A stretch of 62,581 nt of DNA, the filler included. It is 4 parts of 4 records of this genome, joined end to end, with 100 filler letters (N's around TTAATTAATTAA, not from the genome) between each part and the next. Parts side by side here need not be neighbours in the genome. Positions count along the whole stretch, not along the records: positions 1 to 25,582 come from SRR20825019_1513; 3 more parts are not named here. The stretch is one strand, 5' to 3'. A program made the position numbers and the translations under genes. Under the pieces are notes generated by a model, which did not search any database, was not told where the DNA came from, and saw only the letters and a program-made list of their open reading frames with translations. Shown here in pieces: positions 1-12,794 of this stretch (its first letter is position 1; every line of letters starts with the position of its first letter).

Positions 1-229
1 CAACCACATGGCTGTGGGCCGCTATTTGCCCATGTGTGCAGTGCACGGTTATACTTCAGCTTATTCGCAAAACTTGGCCGGTTGGTAGCGTCTCTCTGTG
101 CCAGTGGCTTGACAAATTCAGTCTAGTCCGAAAAGACGACAATGGAACAGGATTAAACTATCCACTACTGCAAGTTGCACGCAACCGACCACCTTCACCT
201 GCGCCGGGCTCGGAACAATCACACCGAAG

Positions 230-800
230 ATCCACAGCGCCTCGCCCACGTGTAGGGCCAGCGGGCGGGGCGGGGCCCATCGGCATTGCGGCGGGCCGGC
301 GGGCGGGCGGGCCCGGGGCGCCTAACTCGTGCCGGTCGTCCCGGGGCTATTAGGCTGTCCGACCCCGGCGCCCCCGCGCCCCCCCCGGCCCGGCGGCCGC
401 CGGGTCATCAGTCGGACGGCCGGGGGCCGGGAGCCACGCGACCGGGCGCGGGCCGAGCATGTGTAGGGATTCATGTCTTCCCATTTGGGGATCTATCGAG
501 GATAGCTCATCAATCTCCGGTGATCTCACTTACCATTGCGCCCTTGAGGCGCGTCGGATCTCGTCAGTGATCTCCCTCGGAGACGCCAAGGCCCAGCCGG
601 GCTCGTCGCCCACACCGCCGGGGGTGACCTCCCCGCAAGCTCCATCCTCGTCAGACTGAGGACTCGTCCGTGACCCTCGGCGTGTCGGGTTCCCGTGACC
701 CGGGACGGATCTATCCTTGCTCGCCGGCTGCACGGGTTCTGGCAGCCGCCGGCGTCGGAGCTAAGCACAAGGGACCGTTGGTTCGCCGAGCTGTCCAGGC
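230..800. promoter_or_regulatory. GC/CpG-rich island upstream of gene at 936 (putative promoter)
   Basis: Abrupt rise in G+C with dense CCGG/GGCC/CG; boundaries approximate. Confidence 0.5.
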
Positions 801-935
801 CTTGGTTGCATCCCACTCCAGTTGTAACTTCGGCAGCGGCGAGTCACTTCAAGCACCAGATTTCTCCAAACGCTGTGAAACTTCTCATATGAATATAATA
901 GAAGGGCACTACAGAGATTGTTGCAGCCGGAGACA

Positions 936-3167
936 ATGGATGTTGCTACAGTATTGGCAGACTCCCGAGCTAAAGCTCACATAGACAAGGTACAAGTGAC
1001 ACAGCTTTAGTGAATAAACCTGACACCAGCCTTGGATGCAGCTAAAAACAGCCACTGGAGAGGAGCTATCCCAGCTCAATGGCCAAAACGATGAAGCTGT
1101 AGACATGGTGGTGTCGCTGAGGTCTCAGCTGGATTCTTTGGCATCTGCACTAGAGTTCAAACTGGGTATGGGAATGAAGGAACTGAAGGTGAGAGTGTCC
1201 AAGCGAGACAACATGATAGTGTTTCTCAACTTCCAACTCTAGGCGGAGCAAGACGCTGCAGATCATGAGATTTCAGTTTTGCACAGGACAGTCGGTGATT
1301 TGAAGCAGGAAGTTACCGGGCTGCAAAAGAAGAATGTGCAAAAAGACGAAGAAATTGACTCCCTGCACGAGAAACTGAAAGAAAGGGAAGATGCCTATCA
1401 CAGTCTTAGTGGTATATGTCCCGCAATGTCTGAAAGGGTCTCTGGATAGCTGACTGTTTTTTTGTAGAGGAGAACGATGGGAACCTCCGCAAGATATCTG
1501 AGTTGACTCATGAGAAAGACATGGCATTGGTCGAGTTGGAGGGTGCCAAAGCCCAAATTCAGCAAGAGCTGCAGAAGATTGAGGAACTGGAGAGCACACT
1601 AGAGCATGTTAAGACCGAGCGAGACGATCATCTATTGAATGTGGAGAAACTTGATGAGTGGTGTGTCCAGCGTGGTGCGTGGAAAGTCGAATTTGCTGAC
1701 CCTCATGTTAGCCTATCGTTGAAGTCAAAGGAGTTGAAGGAAATGGCTGAATTCTTGTCTACTCTCCGAGGGAAATTGGTGAGCCAGTGCTGGAAATTCG
1801 CTCAATATAAGTGCTGACCATTCATGCAGCAAGAAACTGAGGATCGTGTCTCAACCTTGGAACTTGACTGCAAGGACCTGCAGGAAGAAGTAGACACCAA
1901 GGATGCTCAGTGCAAAACTCTCCAGCATGTGAGTACCCTTGTAGTAGATCGATGGCGCGGCGCTGATTGCATTCCCTCCAGAACAATAGCGAACTCTCCC
2001 GCTCCGCAATGCGTCTTGAGAATGAACTCAAGGATGCCCTGACACGACTTTCGAATGAGCTTGCCGAGAAGGATGATATCAGGTAGGGTGTTGTACTTTG
2101 TGAGGTGTGCATTTCTTGTCGCTGATGTGAGAACTAGGTCAAAACTGATCACCGAGCAAGTGATTAAAGAGAGTGTTGTGGATGAGAAGAATAAGCTCAT
2201 GCAAGAGCTTGGGCTCCTCCGCGGGGCCCAGATGGAGCAACTGGATGAGGTCATGGCGCTTCTCAAGGTGCGTGAAATGGACAACGATATTGTATGTCCT
2301 ATTGGCTCACACATGGGGGATAGGCTGAGGCAATCACTCTTGATCGATCTGGATGCAAGACGATTGAAAAAATACTGAACCGCGCAGAAGCTAAGATGTT
2401 GAGCGGAGGTGACCGCGCCGCACAATTCAAGCAGGCCCAAGTTGCTATTAAGAAGGAAGTAGTGTTGATTGCGGGCGAACAAATCCCAGGAGAGGCTTGG
2501 AGCATAAAGCCCTCTGACATCCCGAAGATTCCCCCCCACAACCTGAAGTCCCTGCGGCGCCAGCTGCAGGTTCTGTCAGTCATGTACGACTGCCTCGAGG
2601 ATGACTACAAAAATGACAACCTTATCACGACAACGAGTGGTGAGTCCCAGGTATGCTTGCGATGTCGTTCCAAGGCTGACGAAGTCTTGCAGAGATCGTG
2701 AACAACGCCCCGATTTTGCTCAGTTTGTGTAGATATATCAAGGCGTGCGTGCCACGCCAGACCTCATATACCCGTCTTATTGGTGCTTCCCCCCGAGACA
2801 GGTAAGAGAAGATTCCGTTGCCATCACCACGTATTCCGATTGACCATTTTCGCTTACTAGCCTGGTGGCATTGACACCTTCCTCCGTGGCTTCAAGCATG
2901 GCAGTGACTCCCTCGACAAGTGAACGGCCGCCCAGGCCCCGATCGGCCTCTCCCAGCATGCGATCGCTGTCCCGATCACCGCGCACCACACCCCATCAAC
3001 CCACTGGCGATGGACGGGTGTCTCCGGCTCGCCGTTCTCCGTCTCCGTTTGGTACTTCCGATGCGTCTAAGGTAGGTGATGGGCTGGTTCGATATTGGTT
3101 GTCCGAATATTTAAGATGTGACGTAGACACACACCCTGCGAGCGATCTCTCCAAGCCCTGGTGGTGA
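936..3167 (+). CDS. Multi-exon eukaryotic coiled-coil protein with Ser/Pro/Arg-rich C-terminus, function unknown
   Basis: ATG at 936 (MDVATVLADSRAKAHIDK). GT-AG introns such as 990-1041 and 1199-1242 join ORF fragments 1036-1242, 1503-1817, 1824-2042, 2396-2701 and 2865-3167 into an E/K/L/Q-rich heptad protein ending ...SKPWW*. Some internal splice sites were not resolved. Confidence 0.75.
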
Positions 3168-3276
3168 TTCGCCCCTCCTTGCGACATTCAAGCTCAAGGG
3201 AGAAAGCATTCGCTCGCCATCTCCATCGTACAATATGTAAAACTGTGCCGATAGCTGGTTACTTGAGTGCATATTC

Positions 3277-6200
3277 CTACTTTTTACTGGAGGCGCCTTT
3301 CCTCTGTTTAGTGGGATCGAGCTTCAACAGCTGAGCTGTGCTTAACTTGTGGACAGGCGTCTTTTTTAACGCCTTCTTTTTCCGGATCTCCTTATACTCT
3401 TGATCCGCTGTGTCATTCCCTATTAGTATCAGATGTCGGACCACCCACTCGCACACACCTTTCTCAAACTTTTCAGAGTAATTCAGAGTGAAGTCTCCCA
3501 AGTCGATGACCTTGGAGGGGTCCTCGTGCTGGTTTTCATTCAGATACCCTGCAAGGACATAGCCTGAAGTTGCTCGCTTCTCCTCATATCGAATCTCATC
3601 TTGGATAAACTGCTTTTGAGCATCATCGAACTTCCTGAAATCCTGCGCGCTCATTGATTAGGTTCCACGAAAAACGAATTCAGATGTGGCCTTACCGATT
3701 GAAGGTTTTTTCGAATGTTCAAAGTTTTCAGAACGAGCTCTTGGTAATCCATGTCAACTGGCAAATTGTTCACCATCTCTTCCACCTTCTCTACGCTAAG
3801 AGCCTTATTCGCCTTCTCTGCCGCTTTAAGAACACAGGGTTCTGGCTCGAAACGCCCTGGATCGGCCTGATGTCCCGATAAGAAACCTACTGATTAAGAG
3901 TACGATCACATGACACACCTCCTCAAATGCATCCTTGTAATTCGGCAGGGGGACTTTCTTTTCTTCCTTCTCCTTATTAAATTCCTCGGCAAATTCTCGC
4001 TTTAGAGCCCGCTCCTCTGCAAGTAAACATCGTTAGTACCAGCAGTTTCGAACACGTTTTGAGACCAACTTGAGATCATCTCATGTACGAGCTGGGACTT
4101 GTTTCCCTTGGCCTTCTTCAATCTTCGCTCGAGCTTTGGAATCGGATTAGAAAATTCTGCCGCCGCTTCGCAATGAGATCTTCCCCCCAGTACACTGTAC
4201 CTCGATTGATGAAGGAGGCAGCTTCTTGCTGAAGTCAAACTTCGGGTTGTATATATGCGCCAGCCTCTTCTTGTGATCACGATGCTTCCGCACTTCCACC
4301 TCACGCTGTAGGCGCTTGGTATCCTCTTGAATCAGATGTCGTACAATCAAGTCAATATTTTTGGTACTCTTCATAAATCCCGGGAATTCTAAGAACCACA
4401 CAGGACAAGGTTAACAGTGGCCGCAGGTTTAGGACGCAACAATTACCAATATCGTTCATGATTTCCAGGCGCTTGAGATCATTGGCCATTTCGTCTAGTG
4501 TGTACTGCTCATACTCCCGATTGATCTCAAACCTGGTACCCCATTTCCATCTAAACTTACTATTAATAGACAATTCTCAGTAGAAATATGCCAAAATAGA
4601 ATACCTGTCCTTCGGAGGCTCCCCCACAATGTCCGAATTCTTGTCTCGATTCTCTCGGTATTCACTCTTGAGAATCTGGGAAAAGCGCAGGCGGGGCATC
4701 TTGGATAGGATTGACTCCCTCCCCCTTACGTGGGCACTCTTAGGCCGCCTCTCTGTTCTCTTTTCGTCGCTACCCTCTGCAATCACATGTCACAAGAATG
4801 GGACGATATTCGTATAGCGAGTGCGCACCTGTAGATTGCTGCCCCATCAACTTCGCCAAGCGACTGGATCCCTCTTGAGGAGTTTTGATGGCACTACGGG
4901 GTCTCTCCCAAGGCTTCACCTCCTCGTATTTTGGAACCTTGCGAATAATATCCCATTCCAGGTTTGGCTTTCGACAGGCATTAGTGGATCTCTTCAAGAT
5001 ATTCAAACAATCGCGCTAAAGAATTACCTTGTAGTCTATCTTTTCCGATTCCTCTTTTGGGGGCGGCACGATGCTCTGCATTAAGGATTGGTAAGGAATG
5101 CTAACCAGTTAAGTACCCATGAACCTACTTTTGCTTCTTCCACGAGCTTATGGTCACGTTCGAGCTGCAGCTCATGTTCAATAAATTCTTGAGCTGTAGG
5201 AGATGTCAGTGACAATTCTCTAACACCAATAGAATCCGCATACATCTCCGGAAGAATGGCTCCTGTTCGATTTTTTCCAGCCATTTCGTGTTGAACAGCT
5301 TTTTCGTCAGCATTCTAGCTTTGATTCCCTTCCACGCGGTATCGGCTTCCTTCTTCTTCATAAACTCTTCGAACTCCTTCCGAGCAACAGGGTCCTGTAC
5401 AGACAACTGTACCAAGATTCCCTCTGCTTCCTTCTGGCTCATAGTTTCATCCGGGGCCTTGGTTGGAGACCTTTTACTGGGGCTGTTGTTTACAAGACAT
5501 GTATTAAACGATTGTAAATACTGCAAAATGTCACCTACCTGACAGATTTTTCCCTTCCTCCTCTATCATCAACCATCTTCTTTAATGGTGATGAAACTTT
5601 TCTTTCTTTTGGGGGTGTTCTGTCAAAGATTGTGAATTGTTGGACAAAGCAGCACTGGAAAGAAACACACATATCCTTCATTTGAGTCAGCTCAAAAATC
5701 TTGGCCGCATGCTTGCCCAAATCATCTTCGAGCTCATTATTCTCATCGAAGTCATCATGTGTCTTGTCTTCAACATCTCCATACTTCACCAATCGGCGAA
5801 TCTGAACCTGACAGTTAGCGCAGATCGCGACATCTAATTCATGTATCGCACCCTCCGCTGCATATTCAGGCTATCCTGGTCGGCCTTTTCTTTCTTCCTT
5901 TTCAACTCTGGAATGTTCCATTATCAAACCCGCAAAAATTCATTAGAGCTGATATGTGCTCACCCATTATCTGCTTAATCTGCTCACTGCGTTTAAGCTT
6001 GTGCTTTTGAAATTCCGGAATCGGGTCGTGACCAACGATTCCGGGCTTTGCAAGCTCGTTCACACGTCCCAGGCCCAGCTCAGGGTCAGATTGCAAGATA
6101 TTCATGTTCTCATCGTTGTCAATCGCCTCCTGGCGAGCATAGGCAATGTCCTACTCTTTTACATCAGCAAAGTACGCAAAACATGAGAAAACGAGGCAGT

Positions 6201-7466
6201 GCAGACCTCCCATGTTATGGGTTCCTTGTTAAGCTCTGTCAGCATAGGGAACGGCCCATCCCTTGGAACTTCAGGAAAGAGTCAGGTTTCACGAAAATGG
6301 CGCATTTTCATAGATGCGTACCATCAGCAGTGTGGAGATCGGTGAAGAACACGTGCTTCTTCAGTTTGTTGGACATGTACTGAGATATTGCGAGGGGGTT
6401 ATGAGAGTCAACACTGACGTTGTGCAGAGCCAGAATTCCGGGAGAAACACTTGACATGACCTGAGCAGCATGAGCATGGTTCGCCACGGGAAGACTGTAG
6501 GCCTACCTTGGTGACCTTGAGCTTTGGCACATCGACGGCATCCCCTTCCTCCCCGCCTTCCCCTGAGCCTAAATTCTCTTTTCCCCCTGCGTCGCCGCTA
6601 TCATCACCTGCACTGCCAGTGGGCAGGGCATGCTTTTCCGTAGATGTATTTGTCGGTTCTGTGCTTCTCTTGCTTTCAGCTGTAGGAGGTAGCGATGGCT
6701 GCTTTCGATTCGATTGCGCGCTGTGGGTTTTCTCGGTAGCTATGGAACCTGTTGATGTAACTGCTTGGAGCTAATAGAAACATAAATACACCAGCTGCAG
6801 CCACGAAAGTAACACATACATCTTTGACGCTCTGCTGTTTGAGGAGGCTTGCCACAGATCCTTGCGCTTTCAGCCCGTGTTTTTCAAGCTGCTTATCAAA
6901 TTCACTTTGCTTGTACACACCCAACTGAGCCTTGTAGAGCAGCGCTTCAACAAGATACAGCCTTTGGTTGACATGAGTCATAGGGTTTCCTCTAATATCA
7001 AGCGTGTGCAGTTCTTTCAAGTTTCCCAGCCCCTGATAGAACTTTCATCAGCAAGAGGGCATGACCAAACCACCCAGCAATCGCACCATAACATCGTCCA
7101 AACACCATAGGAGGTTGAAAGAGACATCGAACTTTTTGAGGTTTGGGATTTCGTTGACAATCATACGAGCAGGCAATCGAACGATAAAGTTGTGGCTAAG
7201 GCATGGAGTAAGCATTGCAGCGCGTCCTAATGTGGCAATTAACGATACCTGATATCGATAACTTCAAGGCTCTTGAACTCTCCCAGCCCACGAGGAAACT
7301 TGCCAATCTAGAAAACATGAACATTATGCTTTAAACATACACAGCATGCTCCCACCTCTCTACCACTGAAGTCAACCTCTGGGATCTTCTCTCTGACAAT
7401 ATCGCCAAACCCAGCGATGAAGTCTACGGTTTTTCTCCCATTTTCGTCATCTTCGCTATCCGACAT
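3277..7466 (-). CDS. Multi-exon protein with N-terminal leucine-rich repeats and long K/E-rich C-terminal part
   Basis: Spliced N-terminus MSDSEDDE...LGEFKSLEVIDISHNFIVRL...LKKFDVSFNLL...LHTLDIRGNP shows LxxLxLxxN repeats. Many short minus-strand ORFs are linked by GT-AG introns; last exon ends ...GASSKK* at 3277. Confidence 0.7.
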
Positions 7467-7749
7467 GACTACGCCTTCACCTGATCTTATCGTTTTCAGA
7501 TAAGATCACCCTAATAATATGAGCGCACACACTGGGGCATATCGATGGGACAACTGTGAACATTTAAATCATGAAGTCTATGGGGTTCCGCAACTCGTGA
7601 TGGGTGTCTAGGCAGTGAAGGATGATGTGGGCTTGATGGAGCTACAGCAGCACACACGTGTAGAAGCCGAAGAATGGAACCAGCAAACAGGACAGGGATC
7701 ACTGTGCTTCGTGGTGGACGAGTCAATACTAGAGGATTCTGAAGTCCGG

Positions 7750-8280
7750 TCAACGTCCCGGGCCGGTTCCGGCCGGTTCCGTTTTCGGTTAATAAGGGGA
7801 GCCAGGCAGCCGAGCTAGCGTACCCTGACCCGGTCGACCGGGTCCCGACGAGCGACCGGGCCGCCGCACAATGGAGTGAGGGTCAGTCGGGCGGGCGGGC
7901 GGCGCCGGGACGACAACCCACCCCGCTTCGTCTCTGATGACGTAGTACCGAGCCGGAGGATGAATGGTAGCGGGTCAAATCGTGCGCCCAGCTGGGGACT
8001 CTTAAAAGTTTGTCTCGATTTAACGGTGAATTTACCTATACCGACCTCTACTAGGTTGCCTACACCCTCCACCGTCCCTTGTTCGTCACGGTTGACCACC
8101 CCTGACCAGCCGGCCGCCGGGGCGAGCGCCGCCCGGCCGCACCGCCGGCGTCGCCGGACGCTGCGCGGCCCCGACTGACATTGGACTGTCGGCTCCGGGT
8201 CGGCCGCGCGCGGTGGCAGGCCGATTTGGCCGGGGCCCGGCCCGAGTGTGAGCGGGGCAGTGGTCACGGCTAGCAGGTGG
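7750..8280. promoter_or_regulatory. GC/CpG-rich island, putative bidirectional promoter
   Basis: Lies between divergent starts at 7466 (-) and 8504 (+). Confidence 0.55.
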
Positions 8281-8503
8281 CTACGACCACCCAGTTGCTT
8301 GACTCTTACTAGCAGTACGTGGAAAGTGCTTCGTCATGTTCAGCGTGTTAGGTCGTCTGGGTAGTTGCTATTGGCGTGAAGACTAGTGTGGCAATGTCGT
8401 CAACACATACTCTCAACACGCCGTTATATGTAGGAAACGAGCTGTGTTGGCATATTGCAGAACTTCACCGTGTTTGGAGTGGTTCGACTCTAGGCTTCCA
8501 AGG

Positions 8504-10801
8504 ATGGGGTTGTCACGGTGCACCGTTTTTCTTGCACTGGTCGCTTTAACAAGCGTGTCGGGACGTTTGTTCGAGTGGAAGATGGTTTCTCCTTTGAAGG
8601 GCAATCTATGCTCCAATATCAAGGAGGGGGATATGGTAGGAATTCCAGACATTCTTCTTAGCAATCCTCAAGAGAACTTCTTCAGAACTGAGAGCGATGG
8701 TGTGATGCAAGTGAACTATGTCCTTTCATATCGTAGTGGAATGCTGAAAGGCGAGCGCCTTGTTGCAGGCGAAGTCTTAGCTGTTCATCGACTCAGAGTT
8801 GGAGGTGAACAGAAGACGTCATACACTATAGAACTCTCGAACGACGGAATGGTTAGAGAGGTGCTGCTATACGGAAATATTCCTATGAGTGGGGTTAAGG
8901 ATGGGATTTATTGTATTGGCGACGGCGCCATCCCAATGAATCGGCTACTTAAGCCACTAGGAAGCACAGAGAAATCTGTGCTTACGAGGGGTCAGGAGGA
9001 AGAAGTCCAGAAGTCGATTGTGGAACTCCCTGCCGATGATGACGAGCCGCGAGAGTTTGGAGCTTCTCAGGTCCAGGCGCTGGCGCTTGCAGAAGAGGAG
9101 TCGAGTGGTGATATGAATTCGCCAACAGGTGCACATGCCAAACCTAAGGCCCCTGCGGCGGACAAGGTAGTCACTAAAGCAGTAGCCACAGACATCACCG
9201 TCGGTAGGCAAGTGGACCGTGAGACTAGTGACGCTCCACCTTCCCGGTCTGGTGAGACTATTTCGGAGTCCGGTGATTCGCACACAGTCAAAATTGAGGT
9301 AGGCTCGAGGCATGCTGAAGGCGAATCGATTCTGCAAAATGCAGTCAAGATGGGGTCGTTGGACGAAAGGTTGCTGACTAAGGTCGAAGAGATGGATGCT
9401 ACTCTAGTACCGAACTGGGAGCCTCAGTTTGCTTTTGCATTCCTTGGAGCGAAGCAAACAACCAAGAAAACAAATCGTCAGTTGAATCTGAAAGTCATGA
9501 ATAAGGGAAGTGCACCTGTTAAGATTTCAAGTTTCAAAGTAACTGTGGACGGCAAGAAGAAAGAAATTGCTGAGGAGTGTGTTTTGGCCGAATGCGGTGT
9601 GGACAAGGCATTGCCGCTGTATTCCTCCTCGAATACGTGTCCTCCGATAAAATATGACAGTAAGTGTTTTGTGGGGGGCTGTGACCTGTAGCATGGTCTG
9701 ACCAGGTGATATCTAGATTCAGCGAAGATCGAGCTTAGGATTGAAAGAAACCATGTAGATTTTACAGAGTCTCTTGAATTGACCCGCCTGCCTCAGGAAA
9801 ATTACATGGTATATTTTGTAGTATTGGATGAAGTACCGCCCAATGGTGTTGGCGAGGAAGTATTGCCCACCGATACCGGTGATGAAGAATCTGACTCAGG
9901 TGATGAAGAGTCTGAAGCCCGATCCAAGGCTGTGTTGTCAGATCCAGTGAGTTCCGCTGACGCTAGTGATGAAGCATCCATCACTCGTGGTGTTGCAACT
10001 AGTGACCTGGTATTGGGCATGCCCAGGCATACCACTACAGTTGCCGATGAGGAAGGATCAGATGATGTGACAAGTGGTCATGCACCCCCCAAGAAGGTTG
10101 AAGAAGATGCTGAAAGCAAACATACTACCCCGCCTCCCTCAGCGGGGTCAGCAAGTCTTACGAAGCATCTGGCGGAGTCAGAGGTGGATGCCTTAAAGGA
10201 ATCGGAGGCGACATGCAGTAATAGTGGAAAGCTCTGCGCTGCCTCAGGGCAATGGAGTGCGGATGTAACTCTCTATGGTGCTGAATTCTCATATGCTGAT
10301 GTACGCCACTTTGATGTGATGTTGTGTTCTTGGCTAATGTTTCTACTCTCAGAGTATGTCGTGGCTCGTGCAAACAGGTACTCGCGCGGGACGCACGGCC
10401 AAGGGTGGGGTCAGGGTAAGCCAGATGTCGGCATATTCGTCAGGGTTGGCAGGGAGCAGCGCTTTCAAGAAGGTCATGGTGGACCTCAAGGTAAATCCCT
10501 TGAAGGAGAGAGATTCTGTAGCATTAGCAGATAATACGGTCGTGTGGACCGTTGACAAAGGTGAAGGTTCAACGAGAATCCACGAGAGTTTGCGACTAAT
10601 GTCAGCTCAGGTGCCAATTCTGATGGAGTGTTAGTGGCCGGTTGTTCAAAGGAGCGAGTGCTCATACTTCCTCGTATACATGAGGGCTCTTCAGAAGCTG
10701 TCTATTATGATGTGTCGTTGGGCAACGGGAAGGTGTCGAAGGTGTGGATAGATTTAACGAAAGGCAAAGGTGCTGTGTGCCCTTGCTGTCCCACAGAGTA
10801 A
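8504..10801 (+). CDS. Putative secreted protein, unknown function, with acidic low-complexity linkers
   Basis: ATG at 8504 gives a signal-like MGLSRCTVFLALVALTSVSG. ORFs 8444-9691, 9779-10534 and 10356-10634 are joined by short introns; the final exon reads ...GKGAVCPCCPTE* (TAA 10799-10801). Confidence 0.65.
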
Positions 10802-10918
10802 ATGCCTTTGGTTTGGAAGAAATATTTACTATACAAGACTCCAACAACTCGTGTGACTTTGTGACTTAATATCGTGTTGTTCTGCTCGACCCCAGGAGTC
10901 AAACATCCTCTCGAATGC

Positions 10919-11479
10919 TTAAACGCTGGTCTCGGCCATAAGGGTACGGAACGAATCGAAAGGGATTCCTTCCAGTTTTCCTTCATCATAAGAACTGGTG
11001 AGAGAGTTCACAAACTCTTCCATCTCCTTATGCATGCCAAAGTCACGGAGGGCTTTCCGTACACTATCAACGGGCACATATCCACTACGGTCCGCTGCAC
11101 CTCCCATGGAGAGCCACGTGTCTTCAATTTCTTCTAAGAGTTCTGCTTCCTCCTGTACCGACCGTACAATTTCTACCATCCGAATACAGTCGGACGCTTT
11201 CATGTACGATTGATCAATGTTATGTTCGGTGGCGAGTTTCACCAAAATTTCCTCACTAAGGGGCTCACGGACGATCTTGGCCAAAATATTGCAGGCGGTT
11301 CGTACATCAATACCGCCCACCTTTTCAGTGTCGTAGAAAGCGACTTGGCTCTGAATAATATTGGCCTCTTGCTCATCAACAGTAAAAAGACCCTTAAGCT
11401 TTCGCGGTGTTGGATTGTACATAGGCGAGTCCAACATCTCTTGAGAGACTTTTCGGGTGGACAGTGCAGCAAGGGGCAT
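10919..11479 (-). CDS. Calmodulin-like EF-hand protein resembling flagellar outer-arm dynein light chain LC4, with degenerate EF loops
   Basis: 186-aa single ORF with four-helix-pair spacing. DTWLSMGGAADRSGYV resembles the characteristic D..DAFVALGG..D.SG segment of LC4-type proteins. Confidence 0.6.
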   Translation of the reverse strand: MPLAALSTRKVSQEMLDSPMYNPTPRKLKGLFTVDEQEANIIQSQVAFYDTEKVGGIDVRTACNILAKIVREPLSEEILVKLATEHNIDQSYMKASDCIRMVEIVRSVQEEAELLEEIEDTWLSMGGAADRSGYVPVDSVRKALRDFGMHKEMEEFVNSLTSSYDEGKLEGIPFDSFRTLMAETSV

Positions 11480-12794
11480 TTCTCAATAACTTCTATCGCA
11501 CTGACTGACAACTTTCGCACCTCACAGTGGATGTATATACAGTTATAGCCAGCTCGGAACGCTTGGATAGTCGTGATAAGGTACATCCATCACAGTATCA
11601 CTGTCTCCAGAAGGTAGTCATATTGTCGAGTCCTGTGATTGAAGTCAAAGCACTCAAAAGGCATCAGTCCTGAGGCTTCCCCTCACGACATTTGGGTACT
11701 AGGGTAGGTTGCTTACACCGGTTAATGAAGCCTGGTGCCTCTTGACTACTGGTCGCCCGACGACAAGATGGGAACGTTGCCTCCTCTCCCACTGTTGGAA
11801 ATCATTGGCCGGCCTCCCGGCATAGCCGGCGATCGACCCGGCTCGAGGCACGACCACTAACTCGACCGAACGAAGGCCATCAGTAGTAGCACCGGCACGA
11901 ATCGAGCAGCCTCGTGAAGACAGGCTGGCGGGCTTGCCAGGGCCAGCACCCCTCCTCCACGGGCGAACAGCAAGAGGCAGGCCTACATACTATAGTTATT
12001 TATAGTGAATTATCTCAATTGGACGAAGTAAAAGTTCACCATCATGTTGTATCAGAGATTCGTCGGTTCGCTGATTGCCGCCCTCAACCGACCTAAAACA
12101 GCAGTAGATGCTAATCCACTAGCCAGCTAGCTACCTGCTGTCGTCCGGCGGGATTTATGACGGCTGCTCGGACCTTTGCTCTCCCCGAGGGAGGGGTATG
12201 ATAAACCCCGACGTGACTGTTCACCAAGTTGAGTGCTTTCTGCAACCGTATCGCTCACAAATCGAGTTAACTCCGAGGCGGCAACCATGCCTGCTATACT
12301 TGATGCCGTCCTCAGGAGCAGCATTGTCACATGACCAGGCTTCGGGTGTCAACATGGCAGCAGACCTCATAACTCCGAATCCCGGACATCCGTCGTTTGG
12401 GCTTGCGGTACGATGACCCGGACTAGCTCCGTTTTCCGGCTGCCACCAATGATGATCAGTGAGGGCCCCGGGACAACAAGACTCCGGGCAGGCACGTGCT
12501 GTCAACAGGAGTGCCCGATCAGTCCCTACACGACTTGTTTCCGGCCGGGGAGTGCAGGGACGGAGCAGTTCGTGTTTGGACTGGTCGCAATCGCGCAGCG
12601 AGTGGACAGGACTCGGCGTTTTGGACCGACCGGGCTCGGCATTCTAGGACCGGCCAAGGTGCCTGCCCTTTGATTGTACCCACCTCACAAAACCAGACGG
12701 CGTCAACCTGACATCACCACGAACAACAGTATTTTGATATATGAAGTGATTTTAGAGTGCAGATGAGAACAGCAGGGTTTTAGTAGCTTCTGCG

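Noticed and set aside
3277-7466. Fragmented ORFs suggesting a pseudogene, frameshifting or an alternative genetic code
   Set aside because: The frame changes I checked are explained by canonical GT-AG introns under the standard code.
11590-12790. Long intergenic region as a possible ncRNA locus
   Set aside because: No tRNA, snRNA, SRP or RNase P signature recognisable by eye; an Rfam scan would be needed.
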